DNA of 64,000 bases from positions 223,820,001 to 223,884,000 of the forward strand of contig OZ024743.1 in the NCBI GenBank assembly GCA_964016885.1, read 5' to 3'. Shown here piece by piece: positions 23,896 through 36,230 of this stretch (its first letter is position 1; the number at the start of each line of letters is the position of its first letter). The DNA comes from Eledone cirrhosa. Its lineage: Eukaryota. The notes below the pieces were generated by a model that did not search any database, was not told where the DNA came from, and saw nothing but the letters and a program-made list of their open reading frames with translations. A program made the position numbers and the translations under genes.

Positions 23896-25803
23896 TTAAA
23901 CGAAGCTAACGAAAATAGTGGTGGGGGGACAGCGGTAAGAGTTGTAAGCTCGCACGCTTTAGTCCCCACCCCCTTCCTTCCCAACTAACGTCATAGAGAA
24001 GGAAAGAAAAAATAAAAGAAAAACAGACGAATCTGCGGAGAAAAATGACGAAAACACAAATCTGGACATTGATTCCAACAACGAAAAAAAAAAATTTGAA
24101 AAATTGCATGACAATATTAATACCACAAACAAAGACACGACAAACACAAAAATAACATTTGAAAACAACATCATAACAGAAAGCAAAGCAGACGACAAAG
24201 TCAACACCAATAATATTTCATTTGCACAAACAACAAAGAAATCTTTGACATATATACCTGAAAATATTTCAGATGTGGCACAAAGAATTACAGACGCCAA
24301 ACAATACATAAGTGAAGGATAAAATGGTATTTTATCGGTAAAAATGACTCAAGAACTCACCAAAGACATTGAAAGTCGGACGGTCGTTTTCCGCACCATC
24401 AACAACATTTCTAAAAAACCTGAACAGTCAACACAAACAGAAATCAAAGCAGTACTTACAGAAGTACTTAATGAAACCACTTTCATCAGAAAAGACAGAC
24501 TGTATGGAAGCCTAGCGATTATTATGAAGAACGAATCGGCGGCAAAAAAATGTGCTTTGTCACCGATTCGTTCGAAAATGTTTACCTTTTATCCATCTTA
24601 TATGGGTAAAAGAACTCAGCGCATATGGCTGGATGCAATGATGCCAGATGTGGACTACTGCTGGCTCATAGCTGGCTTCATCGATCCAGCGAATGACAAC
24701 GTGATTTCCATTGGGAAAACCACAGGCAATGCGTTCAGTGGAACAGGTATAGAACATGTAGTACAAATGAAGCCTGAACGCATCGCCCAAATACCCGACA
24801 GAATCCTATTAGAGGGCCACGGGTATATAAACATTAGCGTGGAGGGGAGTAGGCCGTCCTGTCATATCTGTGCAGGCAGAGGGCACCTGAAGGCGGCTTG
24901 TCCCCAACTCAACAAAAAGAAAACCCTGCTACCAACACCAACTCCACCACCACCACAACAGATAAACAAACAACAAAACTCAGTCCCACCCAACCCGTCC
25001 CTCAGTAAAACTACACCACCACCACAACACAAACAGTCACAACACATTACCCAAAAACAAAATACAGTCCCACCCAACCCCTCACTCAATAAAACAACAC
25101 AACCACCGCAGCCACAACACACAACACAGTCTAACATAGTGACATCCATCTCCCCCACAAAGAAAACCAACACGGAAACATTACCAGCAAACATACCTCT
25201 TCCCTCCAACACTGAAGATAACCCAACGAATTCGGAGGAAGAAACGGAGTCCTTCAGACAGATTAAAAGGAAAAAAAGAAAACATGTGCAAAACACACAA
25301 GGCCAAACAACCCCCACCCAAATGTCAACACAATCCAACAAAACAGAAAACACCCCTCCAGCAACAAACAAAACCAAACCTGCCCCTCCCCTCTTCGAAA
25401 CACTCACACCATCCGAAAAAAAACATTACACTATACTTACATCAACAGAAACAATAATAAATTAAATGAACTCATAAACAATAATCCTTCGGTACAAACC
25501 GAAGGTGTAAACTTTGTTTCTTCAGAAAACTACCCACATTTAAAATTAATAAAGATCCCAATGAACCTCTACCCAAAACTAAAAAAGGATTTTAAGGAGG
25601 ACGTAGGACCACCCTCTGTCAAACCCATAAACCGCGTCCTACTAAAAAGCTTTCCCCCTCCCATTCCCCTCCCCAACACAACTCCAAACACCCCAACCCC
25701 ACCACACACTGACGACCCCACACCACCACAAGAAACCCCTTCAACCAACACCCCCGACCCCATGGAAGTCGTGCGACCCGAACCCCGGGAAGCTGAAAGG
25801 TAG
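23896..25803 (+). pseudogene. ORF1 of copy B (gag-like, CCHC zinc knuckle), disrupted
   Basis: CHICAGRGHLKAAC; Pro/Thr/Gln-rich tail; stop at 24320 and a frameshift near 25420. Confidence 0.85.
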
Positions 25804-26132
25804 GTCTGGGCTGGGCTCAACTTGGAAGCAAGCAAAGCTTCTAAATGACCTCAGGTCATGTGGTATAAATGTAATGGTTATCTGTGAGACTCGGATCAGC
25901 GTCGTGCGGCAGCTGGCCCCTACCTTCGATGACTTTGAGGTGCATGCATCTCTCTGTCAACCTGGAGGTGGGGGTGGTGTTGTCGTACTGCTGCAAAAAC
26001 ACCTGGGTCTTGCCGTACAGGTTGTTCACTCGGACCCGGAGGGTCGTTTGTTGGTGCTAGACGTTGGCAGTAGTGAAGGTGCGGCCTTGAGACTGGTCGC
26101 CGTCTACTCCCCTTTCGGACTTCTTCCAGCGT

Positions 26133-29100
26133 TTGGAGACTTTTCTGGGAACGTCGCGTTCCCTGTTTCTAGCGGGGGATTGGAATGACATCCTAGATGC
26201 ACGTTGGGACTATGCAGAAGAATGTCCTAATAGAGGGGGGTGTAACAGCCTCAAGGGGTTACTCGACCGTTTTAACTTGGTCGATAGATATCGACTAGAT
26301 TTTCCAACTGTGCCAACCTGGACTTGGACGAACCACAGTGGTCAATCTAGATCGTACTTAGATAGATTCTTAGTTAGAAGTAAGGATAGGGACATATTAA
26401 GCTGTCCAGAAATGCTCACGGTTGGCTATACGGATCACAAATTAGTGACCTGCGTAGTCAATCTCGAGAAAACACATAAACAGGGTCCCGGTTACTGGAA
26501 ACTTAATTTGTCTTTACCGGCAAAAGAGACTTACAGAAACCGGATTAGCAGATTAGTTAAGGAGAGGTTGACGGGTGCAATCGTCAACAACCGATGGTGG
26601 GCATCTCTCAAAAGAGAGATTAGAACAGAATCAATAAGTTATAGCAAGATGTTAGCTGCCGATAGGAATAGAAACGAGAAAGAATTAACAGGTAAATTAG
26701 AAGAGGCAATCAAGAGCGAAGATGTGGCCAGAGTGCTGGCATCGAGGACGGCCTTGAACCAGTTTTTCGATGCAAAGCACGAAGGCTGCGTCATTCGAAG
26801 TAAAATACGTGCTCTAGGTAATGAGGGGGCCAAAGCCGTTGGCTGGGCCCGCGTGACAGAAGCTAAGAGTGGAAATCGATCCACCATCCGGTCGTTGCAA
26901 GACGAACATGGACGGGTGATCCGGGAGCCTAAGCAGATGTGCGAGGCCTTTCAAAGGCACTTTGCCCGATTGTTCGGGGGAGGCGAGGGTCCGGGCGGGG
27001 ACGTGGATTTTGGTCCATACCCCGACGGCCTGCCGCGTCTCTCGAGCGAAGAGGCAGAGTCCTGCGAGGGACCAATCTCGGCTGATGAGATCGGGGATGC
27101 GCTGAGCCAATGCAGCAGACGCAAATCTCCAGGTCTCGATGGTATACCTTACGAACTTTATTTAGCAATGCCGGTCTTCTTCTCCGAACTCCTCGAAGCG
27201 GTCTACTGCAATTGGCAGCAGAACGGAAGAATTCCTTGTTCTGTAGCCAAGGGCGTAGTCACGCTGTTGAGGAAGGACGAGAACAAGGGAGATAGTATAA
27301 ATAATTTTCGGCCCATAACCCTGCTAAACACAGAGTTAAAGATTTTGGCCAAGGTGTTAGCAAAGAGGTTGGCGCTTGTCGTGGGTGGCCTGGTGGGAGA
27401 TGCGCAGACATGTGCTATCCAATCCAGGTCCATTCACGATAACCTCCACCTCATGCGATACATCATAGAGAGGGTTGGCAGCAAACCCGGCTTCGGTGGG
27501 GCCCTGATCAACTTGGATCAGTCTAAGGCCTTCGATAGGGTCGACCATGGTTACCTGGATGCGGTGCTAGCGGCGGCTGGGTTCGGTCCTGTTTTCAGAG
27601 GCTGGATCACTGCCTTACATAGCAACCACATCTGTTCTAGGATCAAGGTGAACGGCTACCTTTCGAAGCCGTTCGAAATCACACGATCCATTCGACAGGG
27701 ATGCCCTCTCTCCTCCCTTCTGTACGTATTGACTCTCGAGCCTTTACTGAGGAAGTTGGAGTTGTTGCAGGGTATCCCCCTGGAACCAGGATTGAGCAAA
27801 GCGGTGTCGGCCTACGCCGATGACGTAACAGTAATGGTATCGACCGACTCGGAGATCGAGGCGATCGGTACCTTACTAGAGGATTACGAAAGGTTGTCAG
27901 GAACGAAACTGAACCGGGAAAAATCCATCGGGCTGCAACTCGGAACGTGGAGAGGCAGACCGATGCCTCCCGATGGTGTCGTAGGACACTGGACGGAGGG
28001 CCCGGTGAAGTTGCTTGGGGTCTGGTTTGGACCGGACTTCCAGGTGGAAAAGAACTGGGACGAGGTTACGACAAAGGTGTTTGCACTAACCCAGAAATGG
28101 GCCAAGTGTAAGCTGTCCCTAAAAGGTCGGGCGGAGGTGGCGAACATTTACATAGCGTCCGTCACTTACTACCGCCTGACTATCGTGCCTTGCCCTAAGG
28201 AAACACTCACCACCATGGAACGCATGCTCTTCCTATTTCTTTGGAAGAAGCGCCCTCCTATGGTGAGAAGATCCATCTGCTGCCAACAACCTTCGAAAGG
28301 AGGGCTGGGGATGCCGTGGTTGATAATGCGTAGGCACGCATTAAGACTACGGCACCTACAGGTATTCCTCACTGGTCAACCGGTGTGGGCTCCGTTCGTG
28401 AAACGAGCCTTTCCGAGACTCGTCTCGCTCACCGAGCTGCAGTCCTGGGTCAAGCAAAGATCCGGAAAACTGGGAGACTGGCACACTGAGTGTGCTCAGG
28501 CGCTCAGGGCTCTCTGGCAAGCGGGCCAGGCCATCGGTGGAGAATCCACCTCATCATTCTATAGAGGGCTGGTGGCTAGCAGGGGCGATGACACCCTTGG
28601 AGATTCGCTGGACATGGAAGAAGACGAACTGGCCAGCCTGTTCGGTAGGACTTTCGGCCCAGGACCAATGGACAACTTCCAGAAGTCACTGGCCTGGCAG
28701 TGCTACCGGGGGGCTCTACCCGTTCGAGAGAGGCTCTACTGTCATGGGCGCCCGGGCAGGGATCTATCAAAAAAGATTTGCCCTAGATGCGTGCGTCACG
28801 AAGAAACCGTTGCGCACGCATTGGTGCAATGTCCGGGCGTGGCTGATCTGTGGGGCTACGCCGAACGACTGCTGTCGCTGGTGGCGCCGATTAAATTGAC
28901 CGCCGAGTCCGTGATGACAATCAAACCGCCTCCCCTCTTCACAAAGGAAGCAAAGGCGGTTTTTCTGTGCGTAATAGCCATGTTGAAAGAGGTTGTTTGG
29001 TGGACACGATTGAAAGGTCTGAGGTCAGGCAACTTCCTCTCTGGCCATAGTCTGGTCTACTTCTTCCGATATCACTTCGGAAGAAGGATAAGAATGGAGA

Positions 29101-29195
29101 GAGAGGTGCTTGGCAACAGGCAGTTTTATGAAAGGTGGGTGATAGTGGCGAGAATGACTCGTGTAAATGGGCCTTCTCTGTATACCATCCTGTAG
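26133..29195 (+). CDS. ORF2 of copy B (APE endonuclease C-part, RT, C-terminal zinc motif); open for 1020 codons, native start lost
   Basis: LAGDWN, SYLDRF, TDH, GYWKLN, KSPGLDG, FRPITLLN, LDQSKAFDRV, RQGCPLS, AYADD, CPRC...H...C. The APE N-terminus (25810-26130) is frameshifted and the ATG region is deleted relative to copy E. Confidence 0.9.
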   Translation: METFLGTSRSLFLAGDWNDILDARWDYAEECPNRGGCNSLKGLLDRFNLVDRYRLDFPTVPTWTWTNHSGQSRSYLDRFLVRSKDRDILSCPEMLTVGYTDHKLVTCVVNLEKTHKQGPGYWKLNLSLPAKETYRNRISRLVKERLTGAIVNNRWWASLKREIRTESISYSKMLAADRNRNEKELTGKLEEAIKSEDVARVLASRTALNQFFDAKHEGCVIRSKIRALGNEGAKAVGWARVTEAKSGNRSTIRSLQDEHGRVIREPKQMCEAFQRHFARLFGGGEGPGGDVDFGPYPDGLPRLSSEEAESCEGPISADEIGDALSQCSRRKSPGLDGIPYELYLAMPVFFSELLEAVYCNWQQNGRIPCSVAKGVVTLLRKDENKGDSINNFRPITLLNTELKILAKVLAKRLALVVGGLVGDAQTCAIQSRSIHDNLHLMRYIIERVGSKPGFGGALINLDQSKAFDRVDHGYLDAVLAAAGFGPVFRGWITALHSNHICSRIKVNGYLSKPFEITRSIRQGCPLSSLLYVLTLEPLLRKLELLQGIPLEPGLSKAVSAYADDVTVMVSTDSEIEAIGTLLEDYERLSGTKLNREKSIGLQLGTWRGRPMPPDGVVGHWTEGPVKLLGVWFGPDFQVEKNWDEVTTKVFALTQKWAKCKLSLKGRAEVANIYIASVTYYRLTIVPCPKETLTTMERMLFLFLWKKRPPMVRRSICCQQPSKGGLGMPWLIMRRHALRLRHLQVFLTGQPVWAPFVKRAFPRLVSLTELQSWVKQRSGKLGDWHTECAQALRALWQAGQAIGGESTSSFYRGLVASRGDDTLGDSLDMEEDELASLFGRTFGPGPMDNFQKSLAWQCYRGALPVRERLYCHGRPGRDLSKKICPRCVRHEETVAHALVQCPGVADLWGYAERLLSLVAPIKLTAESVMTIKPPPLFTKEAKAVFLCVIAMLKEVVWWTRLKGLRSGNFLSGHSLVYFFRYHFGRRIRMEREVLGNRQFYERWVIVARMTRVNGPSLYTIL

Positions 29196-29653
29196 GTAAA
29201 GAAGTGAAGGAGAGGAGAGCACCTCCTCCATGTGCTCCCCGGGCAAAGGATTGCACACTTTTTCGGAGGTGTGTGCAACCCCCATCACGTCCCCTCCCTT
29301 TTGAGGTTGTTTTCGATTATTTTCATTTTATACCCTTTTTACTCGATTGTATGTAAAATCCCCCTTTGTATTTGTCCCTTCTTTCTATGCCTTTATGGTA
29401 AATAAAGAAATATATCTATCTATCTATCTCTCTATCAGACGTGTGTAACTTCGCGGAGAAGTTTCCGTTAATTTATGTAAGAAAAAAACGTGAGTTTTTA
29501 GTTAAATTTTATATCATTGTGTAACTTGACCACCCGTCTGGACCTTCAGGTGGTGGGTCAACTCATTTTCGCCCATACAGAGGCGGAATATCCATTTAAA
29601 AAGTTTTTCTCCATCGAATCTTGGAAAAAATATTGTAAAATTTTGATTACGTT

Positions 29654-31568
29654 ATGAACGCTGCGTCCAACGATAATGGTGGTGGAGAGGCGGTAAGACT
29701 ACCAAGCTCGCAGTCAACAACGTCTTCTTCACTAGATACTATAGAGATGGAAAGACGAAATGAAAATGTAAAAACGAATTCATATTCAAACAACACAAAT
29801 GACACCAAACAATTCAATGACAACAAAAATAACAGCAACACCAATAATGATGATAAAAGCAACAATGATAACACCAACAAAAAAAAAATAGAGACAACAT
29901 CAATAACACCAGCATCAAAGACAACAACAACACCAAGGAAAATACGGATGATACCAACATCGGTGACAACAAGAATAACAACAACAATAACAACAATAAT
30001 GACAACACCACCAATACGGATTCCACAAAGAAACCAAAAATCTCCTTTGCAGAGAAAGTTCAAAAGAAGGAAGAATTGATATATCTCGACATAACAAATG
30101 CTGAACAACTTTTAAAGGACGCTAGGAGATATGTCACTTTCGAAAAAAATGGTGCTTTCAGCATCAATTCTCCGGTAGAAATTCGCAAGGAAACTGCTCT
30201 CAAAACGATAGTTTTTAGGACAGTTCCCAATTCTACCCGAAAACCAGTCCAATTGTCACAGAAAGAAATTGAACTGGTTTTCAAAACTTCAATGAATGAT
30301 ATTGCATTCATTCAAAGAAGCAAACTTTTGGGGAGTATTTCGGTACTCATAAAGGATCAATTGACGGCCCAAAATTACTCTGTGTCGCCAATTTATCCAA
30401 CCTGTACACCTTTTTCCCTACATACATGGGAAAAAGGACACAAAAGATCAGAATCCCGAATGTCACACCAAAGGTGAACATATGGTGGATACTGTGCGGC
30501 TTCATCAATTTTGATGAAGACGGAATACTGTCAGTAGGCAAGTCCCCCAGAGATGTATTCAATGGGACTAGCATTGAAGTTCTGGTGCAAATGAGCCCAG
30601 AGCGAATAGCTATGATCCCACAGCGTGTACTCCTGGACGGACTCACCTACATAAACTTTTCGGTTGAGGGTAGGCGGCCTTCATGTTACCATTGCTTTAG
30701 CAGGGGTCACCTGAGGGCTTCCTGTCCTAAATTAATGAACCAAAAAAAGGCTCTTCTGCCGACACCCATCAAAACAACACAACCACCAACACCACCACAA
30801 CAACAACAACACCAACACACAAAAATAACCACAACAAACACAGTCCCACCCAACCCCACTCCACCTAAAACCACTGCAAAATCACATACATCACAACAGC
30901 TCCCCAAGACATACCCCCTCCCCAATCACACAGACGATACAACAGATGAGGCTATCTCGCCAACACCCAGTGAAGACGAGGGAGAACCCCATCGCTCGAA
31001 AAGAAAGAAAAGACATCACAAAAGCAAAAAACCAGCAAACACTACCACAAACATACAACCACCAACACAAACAACAAAAACATCACAAACAAAACCCCCA
31101 CCTCCCGAAAACAAAATACCTACAACAAAACGAAAGCACACACAAGAACTACAGACAAAAACAAACACAACACAAGAAAATTACACTTACACTTACATAA
31201 ACACTGAAAACAAAACACTAATGGAGACCATCACGAACGACCCTTCGGTGAAAACCGAAGGGAAAACTTTCGCCCACTCTATTAAAAATAGCAAAAAACT
31301 GAACCTAAAACTGATTAGGGTCCCTATACAAACTTATAGGTCCCTAAAAGAAACATTTGAGAAGGATGTGGGGAATTCCTGCGTGAAACCACTCAACCGC
31401 GTCCTTCTCAAATGTCTCCCCACCCCAGACACCCCCATCCCACCAAACCCCACCCCACCAAACATCTGCGTCCCCACCCCGCCTGAAACCACCACCCATC
31501 CAGACAACCCCTCCAACACCCCCATGGAAATCGTGCGGCCTGGTCCCCAGGAGGCGAAGGGTGAGTGA
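29654..31568 (+). pseudogene. ORF1 of copy C, frameshifted
   Basis: MNAASNDNGGGEAVR start; YMGKRTQ; CYHCFSRGHLRASC knuckle. Confidence 0.85.
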
Positions 31569-31601
31569 TTTCTTTTCCTCTTTTAACTTTTCAGCACCAA
31601 C

Positions 31602-34600
31602 ATGGCCAATATAAGAGTTGGATGTGTGAACGTACGCGGCCTGGGGATGCCCTGGAAACAGGGCAAACTCTTAAACGAGCACAGGTCGCACAGTATGGAT
31701 GTAGTAGCCATTTGCGAGTCCAGGATCCACGGCGAGCGACAGCTGGCCCCCATTTTCGATGACTTTGAGATCTACGCATCTCTCTGTCAACCGGGGGGTG
31801 GGGGCGGAGTTGCCGTTTTGCTGCGGAAACACCTGGGCCTCGTAACACAGACGGTACATCTGGACCCGGAGGGTCGACTGGTGGTCCTAGACGTTGACGG
31901 TAGTGAAGGTGGAGCCTTCAGACTGGTGGCCGCATATGCCCCATCCGGGACACCACGGCCAGCTTCTTCAAACGTCTAGAGACTTTTCTGGGAACGTCCC
32001 GCTCCTTGCTTTTAGTGGGGGACTGGAATGGAATCCTAGATGCACGTTGGGACTATGTGGGAGCATGTCCCGATAAAGGGGGTGTAACAGCCTCAAACAG
32101 TTAATCGACCGATTTGACCTGGCCGATAGATATCGACTAGATTTTCCGACTGCGCCACTGTGGACGTGGAGTAATCGTAGCGGAATATCTAGATCATACC
32201 TAGATAGGGTTCTAGTTAGAAATAAGGATAGGGACATGTTAAGTTGTCCACAAATGTTCATGGTTGCCTATTCAGATCACAAACTAGTGACCTGCATGGC
32301 CAACCTTGATAGAACCCATAGACAAAGACCCGGCTACTGGAAGCTGAACTTGTCGTTACCGACAAGCAAAGCCTACAGTAGACGGATTAGCACTTTAGTT
32401 AAACAGCACTTGACAGGGTCCATTGTCAACAACAGATGGTGGTACTCTCTCAAGAGGGCAGTTAGATTAGACTCGATAGTTTTTAGTAAAGAATTAGCGT
32501 TAGATAGAAATAGAACCGAGAAGGAACTGGTAGATAAAGTAGAAGAGGCAATTAGAAGTGGCAACGTAGCCAGCGTGCTAGCAACGAGAACGGCCTTGGA
32601 CCAGTTATTCGACGCAAAGCACGAGGGCTGCGTTGTCAGAAGCAAATTACGTGCTCTGGGAAACGAGGGAGCCAAAGCTGTTAGCTGGGCCCGAGTGACG
32701 GAGGCAAAAAGTGGCAACAAGTCCACGATTCGGTCTTTGAAGGACCAAAACGGACGCGTGATACGTGAGTCGAAGCAGATGTGTGCGGCTTTTCAGCGGC
32801 ACTTTGATCAGCTGTTCGGGGGCGGCGGCGCGCCGGGAGAGGCTATGGATTTCGGTCCATACCTCGACGGCCTACCGCGACTCTCGGACAGCAAGGCAAA
32901 GTTCTGCGAAAAGCCGATTTCAGCCACTGAGATAGGGGACGCGCTGAGCCAATGCGGCAAACGCAAATCTCCAGGTCTCGACGGTCTACCCGACGAATTT
33001 TACGTAGCAATGCCGGACTTATTCTCCGGTCTCCTGAAAGCGGTCTACTGCAACTGGCAACAGAACGGGAGAATTCCCAGTTCTGTAACCAGGGGCGTGG
33101 CCACACTAATCAGGAAGGACGAGAATAAGGGGGATGACATAGGCAACTTCCGGGCCATAACTCTGCTAAACACAGAGTTACAGATTTTGGCCAAGGTGTT
33201 GGCAAAGAGGCTGGCGCTTGTCGTCGAGAACCTGGTGGGAGAAGCGCAGACATGCGCAATCCCGACCAGGTCCATACACGACAACCTCCACCTCATGCGA
33301 TACATCATAGAGAGGGTAGGGTGTAAACCCGGCTTCGGTGGGGCCCTGATCAACTTGGATCAGTCTAAGGCTTTCGATAGGGTTGACCATCGTTACCTGG
33401 ATGCGGTGCTCGAGGCGGCAGGCTTCGGACCCGTGTTCAGGGGCTGAATTGCTGCAATGCACAACAGCAACATCTGCTCAAGGGTCAAGGTGAACGGCTA
33501 CCTCTCGGAGCCGTTCCATATTACGCGATCCATTCGACAGGGATGCCCTCTCTCCTCCCTTCTGTACGTACTGACTCTCGAGCCACTACTGCGGAAGCTG
33601 GAGCTATTGCAGGGCATCCCTCTGGAACCGGGACTGCGCAAAGCGGCGTCGGCCTACGCCGACGACGTTACAGTAATGGTGTCGACCGCCTCGCAAATCG
33701 AGGAAGTCGGCACCTTACTGAAGGAATACGAAAATCTCACAGGAGCGAAGTTGAACCGGGACAAGTCCATCGGTTTGCAACTCGGATCGTGGAGAGGCAA
33801 ACCGATGCCTTCCGATGGCGTCGTCAGACGCTGGACGGAAGGACCGGTAAAGCTGCTCGGGGTCTGGTTTGGTCCGGACCTCCAGGTGGAGAAGAACTGG
33901 AACGAAGTGACGGCCAAGGTCTTTGCACTCACCCAGAAGTGGGCCGAGTGCAAACTATCCTTGAAAGGTCGAGCGGAGGTGGCGAACACTTTTATAGCGT
34001 CCGCCATCTACTACCGCTTGACCGTCGTTCCTTGTCCAGCCAAAACGCTCGCCAAAATGGAGCGCGCGCTCTTCCGATTCCTTTGGAAGAGGCGGGCTCC
34101 TTTGGTGAGAAGATCCATCTGCTGCCAACACCCTTCTAACGGAGGGCTGGGGATGCCGTGGTTGACGATGCGCAAACACGCGCTCAGGCTGCGGCATCTC
34201 TACGTATTCCTCACCGGACAACCGGTGTGGGCCCCGTTCGTGAGGCGAGCCTTCCCACGACTCGTCTCGCTGACCGAGCTGCAGTCCTGGGTCAAGCAAA
34301 GACCGAGGAAAATGGGCGACTGGCACATCGAATGTGCTCAGGCGCTCACAGCCCTCTGGCAGGCGGACCCGTCGATCAGTGGAGACTCCACTTCGTCATT
34401 CTATAGAGGGTTGGTCCGCAGCAAGTGCGACGACGCGCTCGGTGAAACTCTAGGCGTAGAGGAAGATGAACTGGCCAGTCTGTTCGGTAGGACCTTCCGC
34501 CGGGGACCGATGGACAACTTCCAAAAGTCCCTGGCCTGGCAGTGCTACCGAGGAGCTCTACCAGTTCGAGACAAGCTCTACAGACATGGGCGCCCGGGCA

Positions 34601-35037
34601 GGGACCCTGCAAAAAAGATCTGTCCGAGGTGCGTGCGAGACGAAGAAACCGTCGCGCACGCATTCATACACTGCCCGGGCGTCACTGACCTGTGGGGCTA
34701 TGTAGAACGACTATTGTCGCGGGTGGGACCAATCCAGTTGACCACCGAGTCCATTGTCATGATCAAACCGCCACCCTCCTTCAAAAACGAAGGAGAGGCG
34801 GTTTTCCTTTGTGTGATAGCTATGGCGAAAGAGGTTGTATGGTGGACAAGGTTGAAAGGGCTGAGGTCAGACACCTTTCTCTCCGGCCAACAACTGATTC
34901 TTTTTTTCAAATACCACTTTGGAAGAAGAATCAGGATGGAGAGAGAGGTGCTGTACCCCAGCAAGTTTTATGAAAGGTGGGTGAAAGTGGCGAGAATGGC
35001 CCGAGTGAATGGGCCTTCTCTCTATATCAGCCTGTAG
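31602..35037 (+). pseudogene. ORF2 of copy C (APE-RT-zinc motif), disrupted
   Basis: MANIRVGCVNVRGL, ICES, SDH, RT motifs; frameshifts near 31960-32080 and a TGA at 33445. Confidence 0.9.
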
Positions 35038-35296
35038 GTTGAGGAAAAGGAGGAGGAGGAGAGGAAAGGAGTACAAACTCTTCGTACTCCTGGAGATGAG
35101 GGTTGCACATTTTTTTTCGGGGGTATGTGTTACCCATATAAACTGTCTCCCTCTATTGGGGAAAATCGACTAACTTTTTTAAATTCCATTTGTGATAACA
35201 TTTTACACGTTTTTATTGTATGTAAACTTCCCCCTTTGTATTTGTCCCCTTCCTTTGTGCCCCTGTGGCTAATAAAGAAATATATCTATCTATCTA

Positions 35297-35391
<95 letters not shown>

Positions 35392-35602
35392 CGTTTCTGA
35401 ATTTGTTTAGCAAGATTCTTTATCTGAAATCGTGTGTTGAAACCGATATTGTTATACTTTGGGAGGGTCATGTTGCCAATAAGAAACACACGCACCAGTC
35501 GTTTTCGCTTCAATTTATTATAATAAATTTATAATAAATTCATAAATTTATAAATTTCTGGTTGGTTGGTTGGTTCCACAACCAGATAGTTGTTTATATA
35601 TT

Positions 35603-35645
35603 GTCATAGTTCTTTCGTCACACACTCTGTGACCTCTTCAGTGAC
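35603..35645 (-). ncRNA. Type I minimal hammerhead in the PLE pLTR
   Basis: gtca-CTGAAGA-g-gtcaca-gagtg-tgtgac-GAAA-gaac-TA-tgac. Confidence 0.8.
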
Positions 35646-35786
35646 TGGGGATTCCTTTCTTTGTTTTTGTGCCTCTCCTTTGTTCTCTCCTACGCTATTT
35701 TGTTTTTGTGTGTGTGTTGTGTGCTCAGTCTACACATGCGCCACATCCGGGTGTCTGTGTGTGTTTATGTTCATTTATTTATTTGT

Positions 35787-36230
35787 TTATTTACATGTTA
35801 CTGGCTGGTTGTTTGTTCTATGTGTGTGTGTGTTTTCATTTTGTCCTTTATTGTAAGTTGTGATGTTGCTGTTCCACTCATATTTTCTATTTAATTTTGG
35901 TTGTAATTCTTTTATGTTTATTGCCTCTGTGATTTGTCTAAACATTGCGTCTTTTCTGTGTGTAGATTCTATTTTTATTTCTATGTTCTCTAATTTACCC
36001 TTGTGTTCTATCTTAGCATGTTGGTAGAGTACAGATGATTCTTTACTATCTTGAAGGTCTCGCCAGTGTTCATTTATTCGTTCCCCTATACTACGAGCTG
36101 TCTCACCTATGTACACTATATTTTTGTTTCTACATTGTCCTTCAGTACATCTTATGCTATACACTACATTTCTAGTTTTACAGTTAATAAGGGGGCTTAT
36201 TTTACAGGTTATACATTTCTTATCTATACA
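35787..36230 (-). pseudogene. GIY-YIG endonuclease domain of a PLE
   Basis: NVVYSIRC...IVYIGETARSIGERINEH...H...H...RQITEAINI...LNRKYEW. Confidence 0.88.

Larger units (their letters stand above)
23733..29410 (+). mobile_element. L1/Tx1-type LINE copy B, full-length, defective
   Basis: 5' UTR, ORF1, ORF2, 3' UTR ending AATAAAGAAA; (TATC)n on both sides; same subfamily as 49832-55532. Confidence 0.92.
29437..35280 (+). mobile_element. L1/Tx1-type LINE copy C, full-length, distinct subfamily, defective
   Basis: ORF1 clearly diverged from B and ORF2 homologous; ends AATAAAGAAA + (TATC)n; preceded by (TATC)n. Confidence 0.92.

Noticed and set aside
24862-25407. Antisense ORF, also present at 51037-51585
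   Set aside because: Shadow of C/A-rich ORF1 with few minus-strand stops; shared only because B and E are recent copies.
31561-31594. GTGAGT...ttttcag mini-intron between ORF1 and ORF2 of copy C
   Set aside because: Only 34 nt, splicing would not fuse the ORFs in frame, and copy E has no AG acceptor there.
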